A stretch of DNA of 20,000 nucleotides from Catajapyx aquilonaris (taxonomy: Eukaryota): contig KZ538445.1 of assembly GCA_000934665.2 (NCBI GenBank), forward strand, positions 49,713 through 69,712, read 5' to 3'. Both the position numbers and the translations under genes were made by a program. A model generated the notes under the pieces. That model saw only the letters and a program-made list of their open reading frames with translations, was not told where the DNA came from and made no database searches. Of this stretch, positions 1 through 13,511 are shown piece by piece. The stretch's first letter is position 1. Each line of letters starts with the position of its first letter.

Positions 1-284
1 TGGTCCCGGACTCGTTCCCGGTTTTAGCCAAAACCGGATTATCGTCACGTCACATTAATGCGTTTTTCTCCCACCAATTAAATGGACGTCCGATCTGCGA
101 AAAAGGGTTGCCAGGATTTTGCTCCGAATTATGTGGACTTTTTTTTTTTGGGGGGGGGGCTATGGCCTAGGAGTATCGGGAAAATTTATAAGCGTCAGAC
201 TCGATATTGATTTGTGATAGTGCACTACACGAAGTGGTTAAGGACATAATGGGGTTCTTGCACGGTAGGGTGAACAACGGGAAA

Positions 285-295
285 TGCGCATGCGC
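285..295. promoter_or_regulatory. NRF1/EWG-type palindromic motif TGCGCATGCGC in a CpG-rich region upstream of SRPK
   Basis: TGCGCATGCGC at 285-295 matches the NRF1/Erect wing consensus and lies in a CpG-rich 5' region. Function is inferred only. Confidence 0.3.
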
Positions 296-476
296 CCGGT
301 GCTAGTTAAGTCCGTCACTGGTTTTTAAATTGAATTAAAAGTCACCTCTTGCCATTTTGCAGTTTGGCAGAGGTAATTAGTATATGGGGTGCAAAGTCGT
401 TGCTCTCCGGTGGCTATTTTAGTACCTATTAATTAAGGGATAGCCTGGGGATTATACAGTATTGTTAGTACAGTGT

Positions 477-891
477 TGGACATTAATCGTGTCATACTGC
501 TAGCGACATTTCCCGAAGCGGCAGTGGAAATTGAAGTGATAGAGTGCGAGCCGTGCGAGTAAGAAATGGTAGCCCTTGGGTAGCCCAGCCGGTGACGTCA
601 CTCAAGGCCTACCTCTTCTTACTCGCACGTAGGGTGTGCGATATCCGAAATTACATATCGACTTTCGATACTTAAAAAAATATCAAATCGAAGTCGATAT
701 ATCGAAAATCGAAAAATCTAGATATTCGATGCATCACAAGCGTCGGATATAGCAACTTCGATATTAGGAAAATATCGTATCGACAGTCCATGTATCGAAA
801 TATCGCACAGCCCTACTCGCACGGCTCGCTTCGATTTGCACTTCTGCCGCCACTGAAAATGTCGCAAGCAGTACGACGCGATTAATGTCCA
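477..891. mobile_element. Degenerate foldback/MITE-like inverted-repeat element interrupted by a younger hAT MITE
   Basis: Left arm GGACATTAATCGTGTCATACTGCTAGCGACATTT (from 478) pairs with AAATGTCGCAAGCAGTACGACGCGATTAATGTCC (to 890) with 3 mismatches. GCGAGCCGTGCGAGTAAGAA (~546-565) pairs with TTCTTACTCGCACG/GCTCGC once the 630-815 insert and one TSD copy are removed. The loop is ~566-615. Confidence 0.7.
630..815. mobile_element. Non-autonomous hAT-superfamily MITE (186 bp)
   Basis: TIRs TAGGGTGTGCGATAT (630-644) and ATATCGCACAGCCCTA (800-815), differing by a 1-nt indel. Exact 8-bp TSD CTCGCACG at 622-629 and 816-823. Interior packed with ATATCG/CGATA repeats. 8-bp TSD plus TAGGG termini is typical of hAT elements. 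Confidence 0.88.
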
Positions 892-1281
892 TATGGTGAC
901 ATACTGTTCAGGTGCTACTTGTTGCACTTATCGGTTCAATTTTTATATACAAAAAGCGACAATTACCTGATATTGTGGATGGTACCGCCATTGATCTTCG
1001 GCGTTGCCCGTGGCCCATTTGAAATTTGCTTCTGAAGGCAAGTCACGGGCGGATACTAATTTCATTAGGCGGCTCGAGTTTTGTTTGAGTAATCCATTTG
1101 AGTGGGTCTGTTAAAGTGCCCGATTGATGTGTACCGGTATGTCGCAATGTAAGTTCCGTCAAATGATCGTGAGGGGCTAAAAATATGTCCCATGCGGCCT
1201 AGTAGTGACCTCGGGCGTCGTTTTTAAAGTCAGTCCGAGACAGTCTGTGAGACGGGGAGGTCTTGCGATGCGGCGGTTCCG

Positions 1282-6248
<4,967 letters not shown>

Positions 6249-8283
6249 ACAACTGCCGACCCTATCTCTCTATATCTTGGCTACCCAAACCACACCACTG
6301 TACCCCTCCCCTTTTATTGAAATCCTATAGTACTCAACAGTGATGCAAAAAAAAAAAATTTAATTAAAAATTGATAGGATCTGATAGGTTTTTCCTGTAT
6401 CTCCTTTCCCTCCTCCCCCTTCCTTCAATCGGCTGCCTGTCATTATTTATGAGTAGGGGATCATGACTCGAGTGTGCAGGACCCTTCTAATGGAAGTCTT
6501 TTCTTTTTATAAGAACAAAAAAAAAATGGTGGATGAGGAACTAGTGTAGTGTGCATGATTAATAGGACCATAGACCATAGGGCTGTACATGAAAGTACAT
6601 GTTTCGTTCTACAAGTAAGTGGAAATAAAATGAATATGCAGAAGAGAGACGTGACAACATGCGGAAATGGAGTGGCAAAGTGACAGTGTGAAACCAGGAG
6701 CCGACTTTTTTGTGTTTTGTCTTAATTTTGGTTCACCAGGCTCTACTACTTTTGCGTTGTACTTGTAACGGGTGGAAAAGGTTGTCTGGTTGCTTTTTGC
6801 CGGTGTGAACTGTTGAGAAGGGTATTTTTGTAACGGAGCTGGGCAACTCCCGTGCAAATATTGTGATTTTTTTCTATTCTTCTGTCCTGAAGTCTCTTTT
6901 ATACGAGGGCGGGGTAATAGCAGGAAGTAGTGGTCTCTGGCTTTTTATTTATCCTGCTGTTTGTGACACATTTTCGAACTTGGCCTGCCTGGCATTTTCA
7001 AAACTCAATATAGCTTACCACTAGCAGCAGCAATTCAGGCAACATTTTCAGCAAATCCGTAGGGTTATGAAGTTGAGTAGAGCTGTGAACTACCCCTCCC
7101 CCTCCTATTCCCCACATTCCCTCTTTATTTTTAAATTTGTTTGTTGAAGAGTGCATAAACAATGTGAAGAGAATAGTAATGAAGCATAATATCACCCCCC
7201 ATGTTCCTCCCACCACCATTTGAGTTAAAAACGGACAGTCGTAAATAAAGGATCGCTGATTCCATGATGTACAGATTTGTTACACAGCACAATAGGCAAG
7301 CAGTGAGACGGGGAAGTTTTCAAGACGCCCTCAGTTCTGCCCTCCTCCTTTTGCGCTGAGCCACTACGCTCTGCCTCCACCTGAAGCTCATTAGTGACGG
7401 TATCATATTTATAAAAATTCACTATAATTTAAGCATTTTCTCGACTAGAAAAAAAAATAAAGAAGGTAGAGTTGTACATTGTTTCCTTTTTTTTTTAGTT
7501 AGCAGTACCTGTAGCTTGGAAAAATTGTCGGCCAATTCCTTGCTCTAGATAAGTTAGTGCGCGACATGCTGACGTGTACTGTACCGACCAGGCCTGAATC
7601 TTGGACGTCTCGCACAAACTTGCAGAAGGGGCCATAATCTTCTGGAGAAACTTTCCAATGGCGTTAATCCTTGACTGGGAAGGAACCCCAGAAGCAGTTA
7701 ATTTTGTTACTCTCAAATGTGATGATTTTTATTCTCGCTAGCCTCACCCTGTAAATTCCCCTCTGCGAGCACCTCCCGCAAGTTTGCGCAAGACATTGAA
7801 GATTCGGGCTGTAACCTCCGACGTGCCAAGTTCTGCTCTCTGCATTTGAAAGAAAAATTGCATTACAGGTACAGGGTGCCCCTACATGTTGCAATTATGA
7901 TGCATGAGAAGGATTTTGCAGAACATTGCAATACGAAGGCCTGAATGTGACAAATTCATTCAGTAACACCCTGTCCAGCAAATAAGTTTTTGTCTGGGCA
8001 TACACATCTCAAATGTTAAAGAGTAGTAATCAAGAGGTACAGTACCGGTTGGGGCTTGATTCTCTATTGATAGGTCATGGCGGATCATGCACTTTGAGAA
8101 AGCAAGCTACACGTTTCTCTCACACAAGCATTAATCACCGACTGGTGATGTGCCTGATACATCTGTGGGGTTCTGAGCGTCAGTCACTGATGACGGGGCC
8201 CATCCCACGAGTATTGCAACTTAATGATTCACCAGTGTCCAGAGGGCAAGACATCAGAGGCCATTGGCCCTCTTTCAAGTTTG

Positions 8284-8462
8284 AATATGGCGCTTGTGAC
8301 TTGAACAAATATGGCCTCCACGTGTATGGCAGCGACTAATTTATATCAGGTTACATCATATTTATCATTAACGGTACATACTTTTTACACACTGGTAAGG
8401 AGCCCCATGAATTTAGGCGTGATTTGTGACACCGATGGTGACAAGGGTGATGTCACCACGTG
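8284..8462 (+). promoter_or_regulatory. Putative housekeeping promoter upstream of POLR3K: two CACGTG E-boxes and YY1/Pho-like ATGGC motifs
   Basis: CACGTG at 8319-8324 and 8457-8462. AATATGGCG at 8284-8292 and AAATATGGCC at ~8307-8316. These lie 130-310 bp upstream of the POLR3K ATG. Confidence 0.4.
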
Positions 8463-8591
8463 ATTAGATCATCACTGCACCCTCATCATTTGGTGGTCCT
8501 CCTGCTGCACCGTTGCGATTCGGACCTCCTGGCAGTGGACAGTGTCCGCCGCATTGTCTTAATCCCTGCCCGTGGGGGCGAGAGTGTGGTG

Positions 8592-8988
8592 ATGCTCCTG
8601 TTCTGCCCTACCTGCGCCAACATCCTCGGGGTGGAGGAAGGGGCCCACCGAGGGCAGAGCTGCCTCCGATTCGCCTGCAACACGTGTCCGTACGTCCACA
8701 ACGTCACACACAAGATCAGCAGCAGGGTCTATCCCAAGCTCAAGGTATGCAACTGGGCACACATTCGCCCTCTTGCCTTTCGAGTAACACATGCTTTTGC
8801 AGGAGGTGGACGACGTGCTGGGTGGCTCGGCCGCCTGGGAGAACGTGGACTCCACCACGGAGACCTGCCCCAAGTGCAGCCACCACCGTGCCTACTTCAT
8901 GCAGATACAGACCCGATCCGCTGACGAGCCCATGACCACCTTCTACAAGTGCTGCAGTCCTCAGTGCGGACACCGCTGGAGGGACTAA
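8592..8988 (+). CDS. POLR3K: DNA-directed RNA polymerase III subunit RPC10/RPC11 (TFIIS-like zinc ribbons), 112 aa
   Basis: Exons 8592-8744 and 8803-8988, with a 58-nt intron GTATGC...TTTGCAG in phase 0. Product MLLFCPTC...RFACNTCPY...YPKLKEVDDVLGGSAAWENVDST..CPKC....AYFMQIQTRSADEPMTTFYKCC....CGHRWRD closely matches the eukaryotic C11 sequence. Confidence 0.97.
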
Positions 8989-8999
8989 TAGACAGCACC

Positions 9000-9019
9000 T
9001 GTGTGTGTGTGTGTGTGTG
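9000..9019 (+). repeat. (TG)10 microsatellite in the POLR3K-YRDC spacer
   Basis: TGTGTGTGTGTGTGTGTGTG directly visible. Confidence 0.9.
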
Positions 9020-9051
9020 GACGGGTGGTCTTTTGAACAGACTGTTTTTCG

Positions 9052-9741
9052 ATGAATAAACTGGCAGCACTGATGACTGATGTGCTGCGGCTTGTCCCAC
9101 CAAATGGTGTGACTGCTGGTAACTTGGAGGCTCTGGCCAGGCGCGCTGCAGAGGCCCTGCTGAAAGGACACGTCATAGCTATTCCCACTGATACTGTGTA
9201 TGGTATTGCGGCCTTGGCACAAGACACTGGTGCAGTGCAAAGCCTGTACGACATAAAAGGCCGCAACGGAAAGAAGCCAGTTGCGATCTGCGTTGGTAGC
9301 ATCCCAGAAGTAGGCCGTTGGGGCACTGTTAACGTCCCAAATCAGGTCTTGCATGAGCTTTTGCCAGGACCTGTGACCCTTGTATTCAAACGCACTCCAG
9401 AACTCAATCCCGGCTTGAATCCAGACACTGATCTGGTTGGTATTCGCATTCCGGACCACGAGTTTGTGCATCGTGTTGCAGTCCTCTGTGGCAGCCCTCT
9501 TGCCCTCACCAGTGCCAATCCAAGTGCATCGCAAAGTACTCTGAGTGCAGACGAGTTTAAGGAACTGTGGCCCAAGTTGAGGTGTGTATTTGATGGGGGA
9601 AGACTAGGGGATGCACGGGAGGGGTCTACAGTGGTAGACCTGTCCACCCCAGGAACTTACAGAGTCATACGAGACGGGAGTGCACTTGGACCTACCAAGT
9701 GTGTGCTGGACATATACCTACGCTGTGAGAATAACATGTAA
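9052..9741 (+). CDS. YRDC: Threonylcarbamoyl-AMP synthase (YrdC/Sua5/TsaC; tRNA t6A biosynthesis), 229 aa, intronless
   Basis: YrdC motifs IAIPTDTVYGI, YDIKGRNGKKP, LLPGPVTLV, VGIRIP, PLALTSAN, GSTVVDL in a single uninterrupted ORF. Confidence 0.95.
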   Translation: MNKLAALMTDVLRLVPPNGVTAGNLEALARRAAEALLKGHVIAIPTDTVYGIAALAQDTGAVQSLYDIKGRNGKKPVAICVGSIPEVGRWGTVNVPNQVLHELLPGPVTLVFKRTPELNPGLNPDTDLVGIRIPDHEFVHRVAVLCGSPLALTSANPSASQSTLSADEFKELWPKLRCVFDGGRLGDAREGSTVVDLSTPGTYRVIRDGSALGPTKCVLDIYLRCENNM

Positions 9742-9747
9742 CAGGAG

Positions 9748-9813
9748 GTGAGTGTCACAATCCATGCCCCACGGCAGGTGATCTAAAGATATAAATTTCC
9801 AAGCCCCATACAG
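9748..9813 (+). other. Putative 66-nt intron in the YRDC-PLEKHM1 spacer
   Basis: Consensus donor GAG|GTGAGT at 9748, branch-like CTAAA at 9783-9787, acceptor CATACAG| at 9813. The length matches the window's short introns. Confidence 0.65.
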
Positions 9814-9818
9814 GGATC

Positions 9819-12569
9819 ATGGCGCTTCGTAGTCGAGCATCAAGCCGTGAGGCTGCTGTCAAGGCCTCGCTGACTGCCAACCTGATCGAGTACATCAAGG
9901 AGGTTCAGCTGAAGCATGCCAACCTCGGAGGAAAACTCACAACGGAGGAGGAGACGAACGAGCTGTGCACAGTGCTGGAGGCCATCTTCGTCCATGGCCT
10001 CAAGGACACACTCATGAAACGTGTTTCTTCAGCCCTGGGTGGGGACCATCCTGACAGGCGCATGCCAGAACCCGACTTCTGGAGCCCTCTCATGGTGTTC
10101 TCACACAAGGATGTCATGGAGCAAATTGCATGTTACACTAGAATTGTTACTGACATTGGACGTTGCAGGGCATGGCTTCGTTTAGCATTAAACGAAGGGT
10201 TGATGAGTAGTTACTTGGCAGCAATGCATAAAGATAAGTCGACCCTGAAGGATTATTACTCGAAGCATGCGTACTTGCGAGACTCTGAACATTTTGATAT
10301 CATGCGGACGTATTTAGTGGGAGTTGAGGAGTACGAGTTTCAACTCGCCTGCAATTCAAGTGTGTTGAATTCTTGGACAAGCTCGCCACTTGCTCTGGCA
10401 GGACTGTGGATTCCGCCAATGGCAAGGCCTGCTGCTGTGGTGCAGGGTGTGGATGCAATTGAGGTCCTAGGTGAGGAGGTGCCTGCCTTTCCAAGTTTCG
10501 TGAGGCCAGAGCCCATGCCGTATGTCGCTAGAACACCAGTTCTCAATGAAGACGAGGCCTTGAGGGTGATTCTGGCCCCACGGCAGGAAGAGGAGGAGGA
10601 TCCAGAGCCAGCAGCCATGAAAGGAGCTAGGAGGAAGGTGCGGCGCCGGAAAATAGTGCTAAAGGAACCACCTGATGATGTCAATGTTCCTAAGCCAGAA
10701 ACTGTAGCCAAAACTGTAGAAGAATTGCCTAAGCTTGTAGTGGATGACGTTGCGCTTAAAAGCAATACAGAATCAGAACTGGAAGGTGACCCAGAGCCAA
10801 AGCTCGAAGAAACTAAACCGACTGACATAACCTCATCAAATGGGGTTGTGTCAGATGGCACAGATGTATCTCCAAATGAGCCCAAGGATGAGTCGGAAGA
10901 ATCAGGTGTGGGAAATTCTCTTGGAGGTCGCCTGGGATGGTCGTCGTCTTTTGAAGAAGACCAAGAGGAATGTTCGGAGCTCTCAACGTCTACTATTTCG
11001 AGGCAGTCTTCCGAACCTGAGAGCTTCCAGAGCCTGCTACAAAACTATAGCCCACTAACAAAGCCCATTCCCAGGTCAGCCAATCCAGATTTTGAGGTCG
11101 TGTGTCCGGCAGCCAACGACACTCCTGCGGCCCACTCGAAGGAGGAGGAGGAGGAAATTATCAGGGTGTGTATTTGGGCCAAGTTGAAGGTGACAATCTA
11201 ATTTTCAGTCACAGTTGCCATTCCATGCAACTTGATGGGTTGTCAACTTTCCAGATATCAGTAGTTAAAAGCTCATGCTGAGACACCTTTCCTAACGAAT
11301 TTTCTCTCCCGGGTTTCTCTCCTGTTTTTTTCTCTCTGCCTTGCGAAGAGTCCGACAAGCCCCGGATCAGACTTTGAGATCATCCGTCATGCACACCTGG
11401 TCAGTATAGTCTGAGCGTCACTGGGCACCTCTCGGATTGCATGCGTATATCTTGTGGGTTTGTTAGTTGTAGTTTCTCGGGTGCTTTCGACACACTTTTT
11501 TGTTTCATTTCTGCACAGAAAAGTCCTGTGTTGAGTGACTGCGGATTTACTTACAAATACTTACTGCTTTTTTGTCTCGCTTCATGCTAGTTGTCATCAC
11601 CACAGCACATTTCAACTTATTTTCTACTTCACTGGGGTACTAATGCACTAGTGGTTGTGACAACATTGTGATTGAATGCGTACTCGAATTCTGAACTTTC
11701 CTGCAGGAGTACAACATGTCACAGCTTCGTCGAATCGCCACCGAGCAAGGACTTGACTCGCAGAACTATGAGTGCAAGAGCTGTGGACGACCCATAGGCA
11801 TGATATATGGGAAGCCCCGCGTCTGCTCCTTCAGTGGGCACTATTTCTGTTACGAGTGCCATGAGAATGAGGAGTCGGAGATTCCGGCTCGGATTGTGCA
11901 CAACTGGGACTTCCAGAGGCATCCTGTCTCCCGAGGAGCCTTACGCTTCCTCTCCCAGGTGGAACACGAGCCTCTGCTCAACATCATGGAGATCAACCCA
12001 ATCCTGTACCATGTCATCGAAGAGATGAACGAACTGCAGTCGCTGAGGACGCAGCTCAACTTTCTGCGAGCATACCTGTACACCTGTAGGGAACCAGTCA
12101 TCGAGGAGCTCAGGCACAGGGTGTGGCCCAGGGAATACCTTTGCGAGCATGTGCACCTGTACTCGCTGTCGGTGAGTCCCATTACTTTTGGGGGATCAGT
12201 ATCGACATTAATTTCGTCCCTTTTCCACAGGATTTACTGACCGCACCGACACGTGAACTGGCCCACAAGCTTCAGAAGGTCGTTGCATTTGCACGGTCAC
12301 ATGTGGCCAGCTGCTGCACATGCAATCCCAAGGGCTTCATCTGCGAAGTCTGCGACAACCCACAAATTATCTACCCTTTTGATTTGAGCACCACATATCG
12401 GGTATGTGCAGCAACCTCGATTGTGATGCTGATTAGTGACCTAACCGCTTCCATTTTCCAGTGCCCCACCTGCTGTGCCGTGTTCCACAGGAATTGCCTG
12501 GATTCGGCCAAGCCTTGCCCCAAGTGCGAGAGGCGGAAGAAGCGCCAGGACCCACTGGAGCTGCCGTAA
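9819..12569 (+). CDS. PLEKHM1: RUN domain + Rubicon-homology (zinc-binding RH) domain protein, PLEKHM1-like Rab7/lysosome adaptor, ~696 aa (713 aa with cassette exon)
   Basis: Exons 9819-11165, [11349-11399], 11707-12171, 12231-12401, 12462-12569, all junctions phase 0. RUN motifs LCTVLEAIFVHGLK, FW, GRCRAWLRLALNE, YSKHAYLRD. RH motifs GLDSQNYECKSC, YFCYECH, IPARIVHNWDF, HVASCCTCNPKGFICEVC, IIYPF, CCAVFHRNC, CPKCER. No PH domain recognised. Confidence 0.85.
11349..11399 (+). CDS. Putative 51-nt symmetric cassette exon of the PLEKHM1-like gene (SPTSPGSDFEIIRHAHL)
   Basis: Preceded by a long pyrimidine tract and AAG acceptor (11348) and followed by a GTCAGT donor (11400). Phase 0/0 with no stop codon. 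Confidence 0.7.
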
Positions 12570-12999
12570 TCCTCGCTTCCAAAACTGTCTGCGATACAGA
12601 AAGCATAATAAGTCAAGACCACTGTGATGCCTATATTTCCCTATAAATGTTGTACACCACCCGCGTTGAAGATGTGCCTATGCTGCGTTGGCTTCCTTGC
12701 GAGCATTGATATAATTATGTTTCAGGGGGATTTGAAATCATGTTGGGGGTTTTGCTATTTTATTCAGTCAATTTAAATACATGCAAATTTTTGTAAAACT
12801 GATTCAAAATGCAAATTTCAGGACCAAATCATGCGATGTAACACGATTGTGCATAATAAATTTTTTTGAAGTGTTGCACATTTTTTGGCCTTTTTTTTTT
12901 AGGGGGGCGGGGTTGATTTGGGCGCCATCTGTCGGATGGTTGTGATTGGCTGTGCATCTGGCCACACTGCTTCTGGTGGCGCCAAAGGTGCCTCTAGTG

Positions 13000-13452
13000 C
13001 AGTGTTACCAGATGTACCATAATTATGGTATTCATACCATAATTTCGGGTTCCGTACCATGTACCATAATGGTACGCAAAAAGTACCATTATTTTGTCAA
13101 GTCCAATGTTACTCTGCAATTCCACTTCCATGAAAAGCGTGATACCAATTTAACCACATATACACCTATTCAAATCTCCCAGTAGGTTACATTCACCAAA
13201 ACTTGTGTGACCTTGAACCAAAAGAAAATTTTCGCCTGCGGCGCGCTTTTCCCTCCCCGCCAGTACTTTACTACTTTCCCCGGTTTCGACTACTTTATCA
13301 TGGTTAACTTTTTAATTACGGCTATTTAAATTTAAATTGTCTTTAATTAACATTAATTACGCCATTTTTGAAATGTACCATCTTTTCCGGAAAAGTACCA
13401 TTTATTTCGAGGGTTGGTACCATTTACTCGATCTCACGATCTGGCAACTCTG
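13000..13452. mobile_element. Non-autonomous hAT-type MITE (453 bp) immediately upstream of TRIP13/pch2
   Basis: TIRs CAGTGTTACCAGAT (13000-13013) and ATCTGGCAACTCTG (13439-13452), 12/14 match. Exact 8-bp TSD CTCTAGTG at 12992-12999 and 13453-13460. Multiple subterminal (G)TACCAT repeats at both ends. Confidence 0.9.
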
Positions 13453-13511
13453 CTCTAGTGCCAGTTGGTAGGACAAAAGGACCGGGTCAGGTCAGTCGGG
13501 TCAAGGGTCGC

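Noticed and set aside
640..800. ATATCG/CGATA repeats as DRE promoter elements or a CRISPR-like array
   Set aside because: No exact TATCGATA and no regular repeat-spacer period. They are explained as MITE subterminal repeats.
6609..8339. Short ORFs between SRPK and POLR3K
   Set aside because: AT-rich, homopolymer-laden sequence with AATAAA signals (e.g. 6624, 7244), consistent with a long SRPK 3' UTR and intergenic DNA. No protein similarity recognised.
8460..8591. N-terminal extension of POLR3K in ORF 8460..8924
   Set aside because: It starts at GTG. The conserved C11 N-terminus MLLFCP begins at ATG 8592, so this is 5' UTR.
8986..9051. Stop-codon readthrough fusing POLR3K and YRDC (same frame, 63-nt spacer)
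   Set aside because: Tandem TAA TAG and a further in-frame TGA lie in the spacer, and the C11 C-terminus (RWRD) is complete.
8740..9534. 264-aa antisense ORF over POLR3K/YRDC, and other antisense or alternative-frame ORFs (e.g. 10340-10885, 4480-4977, 1230-1643)
   Set aside because: These are shadows of GC-rich coding exons with no recognisable domains.
8745..9813. Splice fusion of POLR3K exon 1 to YRDC (acceptor 9040) or PLEKHM1 (acceptor 9813)
   Set aside because: Both joins are out of frame and hit stop codons quickly.
13368..13511. N-terminal extension of TRIP13 in the ORF track
   Set aside because: It begins at a TTG inside the MITE. The real start is ATG 13512 or 13533.
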